Assembly (NCBI RefSeq): GCF_000150275.1
Contig: NW_002060946.1
Coordinates: forward strand, 7,359,855-7,423,854
Origin: Trichoplax adhaerens
Taxonomy: Eukaryota; Animalia; Placozoa
Length of the DNA stretch: 64,000 nt
Reading direction: 5' to 3'
This document shows, one piece after another, positions 27,201 through 41,041 of the stretch. Each line of letters begins with the position of its first letter. Position 1 is the stretch's first letter. Below the pieces are notes generated by a model. The model worked only from the letters and a program-made list of their open reading frames with translations, was not told the origin of the DNA and searched no databases. Made by a program: the position numbers and the translations under genes.

Positions 27201-28413
27201 TATACGACGTATAATGCTACCATACTACCTAACATCGTTGTAAACAATTTAGTTCATTCTATTATTGATCGTTTTGGGCGATTATGAATATATTTATCAT
27301 TAACCAATGATATATTATAAGATTAGCATACGCGTTTGTTAGTAATTTCTATAGAAATTAGCGAAAATGGGAATCGGAGAAAATTCAATTTTCATTTAAT
27401 AATCAGGGACTTTTCCTATTAGAAATTTGCAGTAATTGTCTCCAACATCTGGCTCTATCTAGTGTTACTTGACTACCGTTGAATGTCTTATGATCGGATA
27501 ACCTTCTGTCTAGTAGACCTACTGGAAAGATATTGGAATTCGAATTGTAACAAACCTGTCTTGTAAACTCTTTTTGATTGAATTGAACAAAAACATTGTG
27601 GCAACAGAATTTATTACTAATTTTTCATCAATTTGAGATACCGCGCACGGTAATAGCATACAAGGTTCTGGTAGAAAGGTACAATTTCTTATAACAATAA
27701 CGTCAGATCTTAAAAATCGAGAACTAAGAACTAAATCTAAAATTCTTACTACACAAAGATCGTGAACACGATTCTTAAGTTTACGTCAGTTGAACTTACT
27801 AGATACAGTATACGAAAAAGAATCTCGGATTAGCGTAACCTTCAAACAGGATGAAATCAACATGGATTTCTTATTATTTTTGAGCTATATCTAATTTACT
27901 CCAGCACAAATTTTGATAACAATAACTTATCTCACAGCCTTACTGTATAAATAAAGTAACTAATTAAAACCTGACTAATCTAAAAATATCAATATTTTAC
28001 GAAATATCATTTTATAAGCTTCGTAGAGCTGGTGGAACCAACAGTAATTACATTAATTACTGATCATCTGTTAAATTTATTCCAGCGATCTTATTATCGG
28101 AACAACAGTATTTACAAACTTATGCCACTAATGCTCTAAATGTTTCTCAAAAAAAGGATCTAAAACTAATAAAACCACTGTTAAGAATGCTTGTTATTCT
28201 GATCTATTCAACTATAGAAAAGCTAGTACCTTAAGGAACATTAAACACTAAAATTTAGCTATTACAGTTATACCCTACTCTATATTATAACAAAAATCTT
28301 TACCATCTAAAAAATATAACAAATTGATCAATTCCTAATATTATCCAAGAATCTATTAAGTCATAAAATCTTCAGTCTCGCTTCTTTGTTGACTAATTTT
28401 TAAAGGAATGCTT

Positions 28414-29373
28414 TCAATCAGGTATGATTTGCTGGTGTTTAAATAAAGATATCGCGGCCGCTCGAAAAGTTTTATTGTATAGCATGTATATTATCGGATT
28501 TTGAATCAATGATAGATTGAGAATGATTGCACTCATAGTTATCCAGACAGCAATGGCCGGATTTTTAATAAGTAGTTCTGTTAAATGGATTTTTAAACTG
28601 CCAAAGATTAGCAGGTTAGTAGTCATTATGGTATTATTGATCATAAAGATTAGAGTAGCTATGATCATCATTTTGGTTGCATGAATTTGACGATTAGTAT
28701 GTGATGAACGATTTAAATTCGTGGCCTGTGATTTTGCTATTAGCCTAATCTTCCGAATAACGTGATAATATAAGTATGTGACTGTAATTAAGGGCAGCGG
28801 ATATGTTAATATCACTGCGAAGTAGCGAAAAATTAGGAGTGTGGTATCCGTATTACGGAATAATATTAAATCACAAGCGTAGTTATAGCTTAGATTAGCC
28901 TTTATCAAGAAAATCACAGGAATCGCTGACGTACAGCTAACAATCCAAATAGCAATAATAACCATAATTAGAAATGTAGGTTTCTGCAATGATGATTTCT
29001 TGTTATGTTCAGCCATAATAGTAATGTAGCGGTCGATACTGATTACTGTAAATGAAAGTGCTGAAATTAAAGAGGAGCAATTATATCCGTAATAGTTCCA
29101 TTGACATAAAATTGTATAATCCGATTCAGTAAGTAATGACATCTGCAGTTGTAAAACGTTAAACATGCTGTAAAAAGCAGTAAATAACTGTCCTAAGATA
29201 TCAGAAACAGCCATATTAGCAGATAAGATATATGAAGGTGTATGAAAATTCTTAGTGTTGTATATGGTCGCTAAAAGAACACAATTAGCAAATATTCCTG
29301 CTAAAGATATCGGGATGATAGCAATATTTCCTAAATATGTCGACGAAAAATTTGGTGATCTGCTTTGATTCAT
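28414..29373 (-). CDS. Intronless rhodopsin-type (class A) GPCR, about 319 aa from the first ATG
   Basis: GIFAN, NFHTPSYILSANMAVSD, CQWN...SIDRY, W..P, QIHATKMMIIATLIF, QNPIIY, NKTFR. The ORF-track start at 29403 is TTG; the first ATG is at 29373. Confidence 0.92.
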   Translation of the reverse strand: MNQSRSPNFSSTYLGNIAIIPISLAGIFANCVLLATIYNTKNFHTPSYILSANMAVSDILGQLFTAFYSMFNVLQLQMSLLTESDYTILCQWNYYGYNCSSLISALSFTVISIDRYITIMAEHNKKSSLQKPTFLIMVIIAIWIVSCTSAIPVIFLIKANLSYNYACDLILFRNTDTTLLIFRYFAVILTYPLPLITVTYLYYHVIRKIRLIAKSQATNLNRSSHTNRQIHATKMMIIATLIFMINNTIMTTNLLIFGSLKIHLTELLIKNPAIAVWITMSAIILNLSLIQNPIIYMLYNKTFRAAAISLFKHQQIIPD

Positions 29374-30863
29374 ATCGAATAAACTATGCACATTTAACTG
29401 CAAAGCTTTTAGGAATTATTTACAATATTCAGGACGCAAAGTGTCTACCATTCCTGGTTATATTATTAATAGGGTCGAAGGCAGCTTCCAGTTCACTTCT
29501 ACGCATGTAATAGCTGGGCTTCATCTCAATCTATTTACCGATTTAATGACTATGTGAGTCTTTGGGTAGCAATTCTCGAACTATAATTCCTAAATCTTTT
29601 TGAGCCTTTTATAATGGTTGTTTAAATATTCTTGTTTGATTGGTGAAAATTTTACCAATAAAGATAACAAGAGAATCAACTCATTGACTTATAACAACTG
29701 TTATAGCTATAATTTCAAACAAATAACTGCCAACATTTCCCAGGAAGTTAATCACAAGCAGAGCATTGTCAAGTTTATTCAAGATATGAAGAATTGAAAT
29801 CGTTTCATTAATTAAGATTCTGAAATTAATTAGGAGCATAAAAGAATTTAGTTTACGTGATATTTGGGCAACTGTCGAAGTTTTCTATTAAGTAATTAAG
29901 CCTAATTTCCTTCGCTATTGGCAATTTAATTTTCTACATATGGTACTCATATTTATTATACATTTTCGTGTACATATCTACATTTCATCAAACTGAAACT
30001 TAAATTTACAATCATACAAGATATTATCAGACTTACATGATAATTATTATGCGGTAAATAAATCTGCGTTGGGTATGAGTGTTCCTTTAAGCACGTTTAC
30101 ATATTTTACAGCGAAGTATCTAATTCATAAATTTAAGTATAGCATATGCTAATATTTTATTAATAAAAAATTTCTTGACATCAATTTTATTTGTTTCTCA
30201 GTTATTGACGGCAGCCCATAATGAACATTTATGAGGTTAGCGTTTTAGCAGCTAGTAATTACATACCGTTTATCTCAATAAAAGTTATTTAGAATAAGTT
30301 CACATTCAGTCGAGAATTGATTTTAGCACTATGAATATTTCTTTGGGTAAAAATATTATACGAGTATAATTTTACGCTATACATCATTTATTATACCACC
30401 TTACTCAATGGGATGTATTCCAGCTTATAAATTGTAATTTATGTTTAATTCAATATTCCATTAGCTAACGTATTATTGTCTCAATGGAAAACTTGTGATA
30501 CCTTAGCTAACGTTTATTATACACAGTGGTAGCACGTATCTTTAGCGTGTGACAAACCCTGCTTTTCTTTACTAATGGATCAGTTAATATCGAATAAATT
30601 TTCTAATAAACTATAATTCGCGTTTGAGGATTACAAGATTAAGATGATCTCTTAGAAAAATTTAAGAAGAGGAATATCTTCTCATTTCTTGATTACGGAT
30701 GTATTCAACGATCTGTATTTGCTAGAGTATTTGTCTGGCTATCTAATAGGATGCTTTAATACATACCAAAACGTGCATTTTCCTATCTACTAACGTAATA
30801 TAATACTATCATATTGCATTTAAACAATCAAGAAATTTGTGAAAAATAAATCACAAATCAGTA

Positions 30864-31853
30864 TTAAGGTCTCTTGCAAATCCGTAAGAAATGTTGACGA
30901 AAGCTACGATTGTAAACGAAAAATAGAAGAGGGTTTTGGAAAGATGTCGATGTTACGAGTATATTTATTGTCATAAGGAAGGCTATAACAAGTGAATTTC
31001 TAGAGGCTACCTCCAGGATTGGTATATTTGATGTGCCAAGCAATAAAGATAGAATATAAAATGGTAGCGTACATAACATGTATATTATGGTAGCCAGGAT
31101 CATCATTTTGGTAGCTCGGATTTGAGGATGATGATTTGACTCGCCTTGTGCATTAGTATGCTGAAGCATCGTTGAAGAATTTATTCGTTTAATGACATGA
31201 TAGTAACAATATATTGCAATTACTAATGGAATAGGAAATGATATTATGTTATGAATATATAGAGCAATTGCAGCTGCTTGAGAAACATTATTAATATTTT
31301 AGAAACTGCATAAGAAGTAAATTTCTTTACTAGATTGAATCATAGAAATAACAGGAATACTAAAGCAAAGTCCAATGATCCAAAAGACAGCTATAGTCGC
31401 AGATAATATTTTTACTTTTTGAAATGGCGAGCCCGAACTTTTCTTTCCAGTAATTGTCAAATGTCTATCAATACTTATGGTCCTAAATGATAAAGAGGAT
31501 ATTGTAAGTGATGCTACAAAGCCGTATAAATTTCCTTGACAAATAATTTGGAAGCTAGATAAATTAAAACTAGCATTTCTTAATTGAATCGCATTAAATA
31601 TGGTGTAAATAAATGCGAAAATTAAGATCATGATATCTGAGATTGCCATATTTACCGATAAAATATACGACGGTGTATGAAACTTCTTTGTTCTATAGAT
31701 AGGAATAATCAATTGAATATTGATGATAATTCCAAATATATGAATCGAGCCTAAAATAGCGGGAGTAACTACCGATCCAGTGATTAATTGCGTTAGATTT
31801 AAAGGGAGCCTTGTAGCAGTGTTGTTAACTTGCACTAAATTTTTATCCGCCAT
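30864..31853 (-). pseudogene. Full-length class A GPCR with a single in-frame TAA at 31299-31301
   Basis: The two ORF-track pieces are in the same frame. Read-through gives FLCSF*NINNVSQAAAIALYIHNIISFPIPLVIAIYCYYHVIKR. DRY is DRH and TM3 carries SFRTI where paralogs have SFMTI/SFTVI. Confidence 0.85.
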
Positions 31854-34800
31854 TCTGCAATTTGTGAAAATATTCCAAGTTTGAGTTTATTTTTGGGTGC
31901 TTACTTTAATGCAGTTTGCAATTAAAAATGCTACGGTACACGAAACATTATATGCATTTAAATTATGTTCTCGTTCTCTTGCAACGTTTTTAAATACAAC
32001 TAGAGTTTAAGTTAAAGATTTGAAGCCAATTACCGCCATAATAACTTAATTGAGATTGTTTACACTTAGAACACCTGCCATTTTTAAATTTAATTATAGG
32101 TATCACAATATCAAATTTAATGACATTATGATGCTTTAAATTTGAAAAAATTAAAAATAATTAACTGCTATCGATATGATATTTATTATACAGCATAAGC
32201 TATGTTGAAGTAATAGGATATTTTTTATTCAAATATTGTTCAGTGGAGTGAAATCAATTAATGTCACGACAGTAATAATTAAAAGTCCTTAGGCATTGTA
32301 ATCTCATAGATTATATTTATTGGGAGTAAATGGTCCATATCTTTAATATTATAAAAATAACATTTCTACCATATCTGATATTCATGAAATTAACGGTATT
32401 TTTATGTTTTATTGCATTTAGATATTTAAGTAATTCTAGTATTTTTTAATTCTATAAAATACTTCTTATTTAAAATTAAGACAAGTCATGATTATTCAGG
32501 AATTGGATATTGGTTGAATGTATTCATTGTAATCGGGATAAATTTTTTTGTCAAAAAGATTGTGTAGGTGAATGGACTGAAGTTTAAATTAACATAGATT
32601 AAGCATATTATGCTCTATGTGATCGGAATGCTATATGCTACGGTAATAGATCGAATAAAATTCAGTATTACAGATATCAGCATTTTTAAGAGCTTTGATC
32701 TAGATTACAGTTTACCTATTACGATTACCTATCCTAAGGGCGTAGAAAAAGTACTATAGATATTAGCTAGTAGTACTGCTTGGAAATTTTAATTCAAATC
32801 AATTCATTAATATAGTTATTTAATTCTGTACTTCCGTTTCGTGATCTTAAATGATGATATCATTATTATTAGTTGCCAATACATTTTGTTTAAGATAAAT
32901 TTACTAGTCTTGATCAAACACTTGCTAAAGGCATAGTTTGTCTAAAGTTTTCTACAGACTTTTTGCGGCACCTTTAAATGAAAGAGAAGCGAACAACAAA
33001 GTTCAGTTACAGAAAGTAAATCTGAATTTAGATATTCTAGATGCTCTTTCTATTTATATCTAGTGAATTTTGCTCTTGGTAGTTGATATTTAGTGAAATT
33101 TAGTAATACTGTACTAATGTAATTTGATTCAACATGAGACCTGAAAGTAAAAAGCATTAGCAGATGGGGCTTATTTAAATTATTTGATGACTATAGCTCT
33201 TTATGTCAGCCTTTAATTAGCTATCTATTTACATGCATTCCTTCATTCTGAAAACGAATATTGCTGACTCAAGAAAGTCTTTATTTCAAATACGTTACTG
33301 AGGAAATTTGCATGTAAACATAGAAATAAGCCATAAAAGCTGTTCTGTTTTGCTATATCTTAATATTCATGGTTAGCAAAATATAACGAGATAACGTCGT
33401 TACTTTGCAATCATGTTCAGGATATAAAGCATTCATGTAATTGTGGTTAATAATAGAATCTCTAGTTTACAGAGCGGGAAGTTTTTGGGACTTTCATATT
33501 TCCCTTTTCATTTACTAATTAACGACATTACTCCAGAAAATGTGAACTTAATGTAGTGCTGTAGTTATCAGTAACTAATATTTATATGGATTTTCTAAGA
33601 AGGAACTCATTTTTCAATAAAATTAGGGCTCAGTTTTATCTGTGAGAGACTAGTAGTATTATGGTAGTCGTGATTTTGTTATGCGTTGTTATATATTGTA
33701 CTGGCATACTAGTACCTTAGATATTCTGTAACTCGTGTACTATCTACGGTACGTCTTAAATTGGCTCTGGCTTATAAAACTGAAATGCTATTGTGCTAAA
33801 TAATGCTAATATGTTGATATTGGTTATATATTATACGCATGGTCAATGCATATATATTCTGTAACAACTGACGTTATGGAGGTTTTCATTCAATCTAATT
33901 CTCGAGTAAGGAAGAGCTTGTCTTAGTCAGTCATCAGGCTGCAATTTAAATCACTGATTATATCCGAAGATATATATAGTGTTGTAGGAAAACTAGATTA
34001 CGTTAAGCCCCGGGTAAATAAGATAGTAGATTGGCGGAGTTAGAGGCACTCTATTAGGTGTTATAAGCCGAGCAGATTATTAGTGGATAGTGCTAGGGAT
34101 GTTAGTCGTACAGTTAAGTGGGACTGCATGGTGCCTCGATAAGCAGCACCAGCACGTTTCAGTAAATCACCTATGATTGGCCCAAGGTAATGGATGACGA
34201 TCATACGTAGCTTGGGGTCTTGCATTCGCAAGAACCATATTAAAAATCAACTAGAATAAGGAGTAGCATACGTTAAGGGCTAAAATTCCCTTGTGTGACT
34301 AGATACTGTAGGATTGGAAATAGCACTGATCATAAGTATGCAGTCGAATAACGTCTGAATACCCATTAGTAAAATATAGGTAATTTTAATGTTTGAGCAT
34401 CATCGCACGTTGATTAATAATGTATCGTGAACTGCCGCTCTAATATAATAGGAGTACCAATAATTCCCAACGGCAGACGATTAGTAAACCAAATTTCAAC
34501 AACTGCTCTCCTTGCCGATAGGTGATCATCCACAGTTAGAGTGGTATTATAGCTAGATGTCGGAAAGACAAATCAGACAGTAGACTCGTAGTATTAGCTT
34601 CTATAGCGAGACATTCGATTTGTTGCCTTTGCTCAAGTAAATTTTTAAGTTTTTAATAATTGACCTAGTTAAATTTGTTTACTGGCTCTTAAAATTTTTA
34701 CATAGTAGTATTTTCTCCACCGTAATGTTAAAATTTAATAGCATCAAACAGCTTAGTAACAAAACCTGTTCTACTGACTGTAATAAAAGTGTAAATCACA

Positions 34801-35422
34801 GAAGTAATTTTATAATAACAGATTTATTACTAATTCTCGATTCAGATATTAATAGAATAACAACCTCTGATAGACAAGGAAAACTTCCTATAACAGCAGA
34901 TCTTAAAAAGAAGGGCTAAAAACAACAATGACAGAAAAGCGTAGCTGCTTAAATACGTTTTCTAACTTGTTTACACATAACAACACAAGCTTATTGTTTA
35001 AAATCTATCTTATCAAGGAAGATAATCGAACGCATTCGCTGTGGAGGTCTTACTAGGTAATTTAGTAAACAAGGAATTAATGAAAAGGGCTTGAATAGTT
35101 AGCGACTTCTGTTAGAGTTTACTTGTTATTGTTACGAAAATATTCTTCCCTGACGCACTTAAGATAATTGATCCTATCATTATCGGTGATTTTTTAGTGA
35201 AATGTATAGTGACATCAGGTCATCAAAAGCAAAAAAAGTCAGGATTCTTTTTGTTCATATAGTCGACCAAGAAAACCCTTGCAGATCACCCAAAAATAAT
35301 GCTTCTGAATTTCGTATAAGCTATCTTTTCTGTTTTAATTGTTACGATATAGAAAAAGCATTGTTTGCTTTTCCTACAATATACTTAGAATAATACGAAG
35401 CGTTTATCTCCAAAGGGTTAAA

Positions 35423-35488
35423 GTATAAATAAGACTGTTTAGAAATTATTGTCGTAAAGGCTTATTAAATTTTCAACAACCATAACTG
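35423..35488 (+). promoter_or_regulatory. Probable TATA box and short non-coding first exon of gene A (intron 35489-35723)
   Basis: gtataaata at about 35423, donor ctg/gtaatt at 35489, acceptor tttcttgctctag ending 35723. Same layout as gene B. Confidence 0.45.
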
Positions 35489-35754
35489 GTAATTTGAAAA
35501 CATGTCGATTGTATTAAAGAATTCACTATTAACTGTACTACCGTAAAGTGATGAAACATATTCTATATTCAGATAATTTTTAATCGCAGATTAGCCAAAT
35601 TAGAGAGTGTTAATTGTAATTTCGAAGATAATTTAAATTTATTGCCAATAGTATGTTACAATAAATTTATTTAAAAGTTGAATGTTATTAGTAATGATCG
35701 AATTTCAATATTTCTTGCTCTAGATTTAAGTTATACTAGCTTTATTTCGGAAAC

Positions 35755-37031
35755 ATGGATTTCAGAATCAGATTGCTGATAGTAGCGTGTGCCTTATTTA
35801 TGATAAGTGCGAGTGTAAGCGCCGATAAAGATATCTCTGAGTTAATAGAAGAGGAAGAAAGCAATGCAAAAGAATTTGAACCAGAAGAAGATCGAGGTGA
35901 TGATGTTCAATTTTTGATGGATCGAGAAACTTTTGATTCTGAGATAAAAAGTGCAGAAGATAAGGTCAGAGAAGTCTTCGATACTTTGTGTCCATAATAA
36001 AATGCATCTGCTAGTAACGTGTTGCTAAGGGTTTAAGATTATTTTGTGACGACCTTAGCTTATGATAGACTTTTTCCTTTTATTATATTGCTTATATATT
36101 CGTCGTTTTTGATTTGCAATGCATTTTAGCTATCCTTATAATCTTAATATTTATCTTTTAATAAATCCTAATACGTCTTTTGTTATTTTACATCTACACC
36201 ATTAATAATATTTGTAAATGGTTTATGCGTAGAAATTGTGGGGTCGGCGTCGTCGCCGTCGACTACGACTATCTGGTATTGCACCTGAAGGGAAATCACA
36301 GGTAAGTTTTCAGTTTTAAATTTGCAAAATTACTTTGTCCTATGTTGGGATATAATCATTTTTTTATCTACTATATTAAGTTTTGGGGACGTCGTCGCCG
36401 TAGACGACCGAATCGCCCTAGTCCTGGTAAATCTATGGTAAGCTACAAAATTATTTCCAGATCTTATTAAGATTTAAATTATAATTATCATGAACCTATA
36501 GACGAAAATGTCACCTAGATGTAGAAAATAAGAAATTGTTATTTTTATATGTTCATATTGGAATACATGCGGAGTTTGTAATTCAAAGTCTCTACTGGAC
36601 AATTAATAGCTAAATTGTAGCTTAGTCATCGTCTATTCTTAACTTTAACTTGAATCTGAGCTTCTCTTATCAATTAGCTATTTATTATTTTAAAAACTTT
36701 GTTCGTTATCAACCGTTAATTACACCTCAACGTTTATTTTGATAATTTACAAGCTTTACTGTTTGAACTCATTATCTTTAAATTAGCTCATCCCAAGAAA
36801 GTGTATTGTAGTATTTAAAAGATGTTATAGTAACAAAACATTCTATATCGATAATGCTTAATAACGAACTTTAGCTCATGCTTCCACATACTGAGACGTC
36901 GAAATGTATATTTGAGTGGTAAAGTAATCTAGATACTTACCACATTAAACATGTGATGTATTTGCTCTAGTAGAGGTAAATCTTGATTTAACTGATACTT
37001 AATTTTGCGTTTAATTATATAGGAATGGTAA
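35755..37031 (+). CDS. Secreted acidic-propiece / Trp-poly-Arg prepropeptide, gene A; exons 35755-35964, 36233-36301, 36381-36437, 37023-37031; 114 aa
   Basis: Signal MDFRIRLLIVACALFMISASVSA, acidic propiece ending AEDK, then phase-0 exons KLWGRRRRRRLRLSGIAPEGKSQ, FWGRRRRRRPNRPSPGKSM and EW*. All junctions are GT-AG; AATAAA at 37235-37240. The last exon is less certain. Confidence 0.8.
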
Positions 37032-40000
37032 ATAATCTATGTTTTGAGAAGACAGAATCCGCCATTTTGATTCTTTTAGTTAGAAAATTTGTCTTGTTGA
37101 GTTTATGCGAAGAGTAAACACTAGGTTTTCTTCATGGAAAAATATCCTTAGTAACCGACGGTCTGCCATTACGAAGATGATTAGTATAGAGTTTTCCTAA
37201 TCGTTATATTTTGCGTGTTAATTGTACTTTGGACAATAAAATATTATGTCTATCTGAAGAGGTTAAGAGAATGATTCGTTTTTATGATCACTTCGTGATT
37301 AATTAAGAAATTGTTTCAAAAATATTATTTCCGAGATAAATGAGTTTCAGTAGCAATTAAATATCATACATTAATTTACTCTAACATTAATTGTGATTTT
37401 CGATATACTTCAAAGGAAACAAAATAATAGGCTTTTGTCTATTGATAAAGTTTATGAACATATGTTGTAGAATGTTTCTAAGTTTTACCAGATCTTTCTA
37501 AGACAGTGTTGAAAAGAAATGACATGAAGGCAAATAGTAAATATCGCACTTGATGCAATATCTTTAAACTTAATTTAACATCTTCCAAAGAAAAATTTCA
37601 GTCGCCTAAAGAAATCATATCACAGAAATAACTAAAAATTTCGTCGTGTCACAACTACAATTGTGATAGGATAACTTTCTAAATATGAAAGTATAGTTAG
37701 CTCTAACTTGGTTGCTACTAAGTGCCTTCAGTCACATTGACCTAATTAAACTAACTTAGTCAGCTAAGTACTTATGAAACGCTTCACTCTAAGTAAAAAC
37801 CTTTAATAAATAAGCACTTTCACTACAGTTTCATCGATTGTACATATTCCTCCTTTTAGATATTTAATTATGAAGCTCTTTATACCTTTAGCAAGGTTAG
37901 CACGTACACAAGTGATATTCAAAACATGTACAAATTATACATTCTCTATAGTAACTTTAAGTCTAATATAGATTTATATGAGATTCAATCCTATTAATTC
38001 ATTTTACTCGCTATTTAGTTGGACAATTAACCACTAGCTATACTTCCTCGCAACAATGTACGAAAAAAATTAATTTAAAGATACCACTCCAAGTTCCCAT
38101 TAATAATACAATTTAAAACTAATCTCTATTACTACAACAGTTTCTGAAATTAGCAATCGAATCATATTTCCAAGAACAGTTTTGCGAGCGCAATTACACT
38201 ATTTTATTAATTAAGAATATTCTAGCGAACATTAATGATTTTATTTTATCTTTATGTTATCTATACTTTAGCAAGCTGTTAGTAGTGAAGTAAGTTGGCC
38301 AGCTTATTTATTCGCTTCGGATATGGGTAGACCTGATTGACAGCGTAAAAATTCTAATGCGATATAATAGTAACCTATACTAATAATCTATTCTAATAGT
38401 TACTGTAGTTTGTAGACATTAGTGGTGTAGTGTCATTTTTAGTTTTCGGGCAAGTTTAGATTTTTTGTCCTATATCTGTTACTGGTACAATATATTGTAA
38501 GAAAAATTAGTTTTTAACTCATAATCATTTTGTCACTGATTGTTGCATAAGTTGTGAATTTTACTATAATAATTTTGATGATATGATTATAATTATAGCT
38601 AGATATTCTTTATAGTAAACAGAACCTAACTTATATGATAAAGTGAAGTTTACGTACTAGAAACCTTAATTCAGTTTATTATTTCGAAAATACTTTATCA
38701 CAAATATAATTTGTGCTATATCATATTTCCTTAATTTAAATAATAAGCTAAGAGTGACTTTAGACTTTCGTCATTTTATATTTAATACGACTAGTTTATG
38801 ACCAATTAAGACGTAGCTTATCTGGCTCTTACTAAAACTAAACAAAGTAGAAGAAAGAAAAACATTCATTTACTTTAGATTTTTCCTTGGGGCTAGTAAT
38901 TAATGATGTTTACTAAACTGTAACACGAATGAATGAAGCTCGCAATCCAATAAAACTATTGTTAAGATGTGACCTTTCAGCTCAAAAGATAATGTGGATG
39001 CAAATCAATGTATAAAATCATTAACAAAAAAATTTGTTTAGCAATCTCGGACGCCGTTGAATTATTGAAAATAATAGGAAACATAGCATGTATGTATCAA
39101 ACTTTCATTGGAATATAACAATGCTTCCTGCTTTAAATATAATTACAAATGATAATGTCTTAGATTCTGTCGTCAAGCATATAAACTGTTCCCTGGAGTC
39201 ATATTAATGACTTTGTTATAATAACGGAAGCTTGTTGTTAATTTTATTAGGTCATTGATGACTTTTTAATTTTGTAATTATATTTTAATCAGAGACTGTA
39301 GTTGATTATACCTGATTTTTTATGAATTATCATGCATTTAAAAGTCAATATGCAAAGCAATTTTAAATCATTGAGTATAATTGGCCTATATCAGCAACGT
39401 GTCTAAACCGAACTATAATATTTGAACAAACATATTACGGTATATAGAAGTTTATCCGACTGGTTTATAAGAATAGCTGCCGATAACGTACGATTACTGC
39501 AGTACTAATTTAATGGGACGCCTGAAGATAATAGAGTTTTCCGTCTGAAATTTATTGTCCCTTTAAGGGATGAACCTAGTTATTATAATTAATAAGGAAT
39601 ACGATAATTACATGTCAGTATGAAAAGACATAGTTAGAAAAAAGTTTCCTGAAGATTACTTTTCGATTTTGAAATGTACTGCATATAAAACCATGCAAAT
39701 ATCAGACAGTCAAAAACTATTAGCTGCGTTTCTAGTAATCATATTATAAAAATAGATTGCAAATTAGAGATGAAGAAGGCATATAAAATCAGTGTTTTAA
39801 TAGCATAAAGTTTTAAGAATCTTTGAATTTATTCAAATTGCGGTTAAATGATAATAACAACAAAAGAAGATTTGTTTTATTATCCCTTCATTGTCCCCTT
39901 AAGGATTCAAGTTTTATAGCTATAGAAGACCGAAACTTTTTCTTGACTTGTTAATAATAACAAATTGTAATATCGGGATACTAAGGCTCGCTTATTTATT

Positions 40001-40526
40001 ACACTAATGTACTTTTAGTGCTAACCATGATTACTAACATTATTTTGTTAATTAGCAGATCCACATATTTACTGCAAAGACTGACACAAAGTGATTGTAT
40101 AGCTTATTTATAAACATAGATCCTACATCAGCGGTGTTTGTTAGTGATTACAATAAAACGTTCGTATGATGCAAAATCTACAATATGTGAACTACTAGTC
40201 GACTGATTCAACAAGAGTTCACTAATTGTCTTTGATATTTTTATTGCATTCATGACTTACGTTTTTAGTTTAATTGGGCATAGTCTAGGATATTGTGCGT
40301 GTAGTAAAACCATAGAATTTATGATTTATAGTTATCATCACGTTTCGTTTAATATCTGAAGTATAATAAGGTTTAAGATTGGCGTCAAGATTGCTGCCAG
40401 AAATATTACTCTACTCGTTTTTTCAGTTGATTGAATTATCAGTGGTACTTTGATATGTAATGCTGCGGTTATTATCAATGAATTATTTATTGCAACTTAA
40501 TGGATTAAATTGTTAGAGGCCATAAC

Positions 40527-40851
40527 TGACGTCAGAGAAGTTCATACTGCCCGCGGATATTTGATTATTATTGATTTAGACAAAACATAATTAGTAATGA
40601 TCAAGGACTGCCCCGTTTTGTTTCATTTTAACTGTCAAGTTTATTGATGTGCAACACCTTTATTCATCTAAGTTCTAATGAATACTAAATGTCAGGTTCC
40701 ATTGAGTTACAAAGAGTCCATTAAGGTTCTATTATAATCAGAACATTGCCGGTAGTTAGTTTTTCTCTCGCATTAGACCTTAGAAGCGCAGGTATATAAA
40801 GTTTAGCCCATTCACCGTTCATATTTTCCTGCAGTGATTAAAAAGGACAAG
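40527..40851 (+). promoter_or_regulatory. Gene B1 promoter: CRE TGACGTCA (40527-40534), TATATAAA (40793-40800), short non-coding exon ending 40851
   Basis: Donor AAG/gtaaat at 40852; acceptor ttag ending 41034, 7 nt before the ATG. TATA and donor are conserved in all three copies. Confidence 0.65.
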
Positions 40852-41041
40852 GTAAATTTTAATCAACAAGTGGCTATACTAGATAAATTAGTTATAATTT
40901 CCGTAATTTTTTTATAACATATTTAACCCTAAAATTTAAATGAAGTAAACGATAATGTTTTAATTCTTGCCGATGCAGTACTTAGATCATGACTAAATAA
41001 TAATATCAAGAAAACTATTTCTGTACTGGTTTAGGTTTTCG

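Noticed and set aside
33950-34620. GC-richer stretch between the GPCR and peptide clusters (also 53100-55000)
   Set aside because: No ORF, RNA motif or element boundaries that I can support; may be decayed repeats or regulatory DNA.
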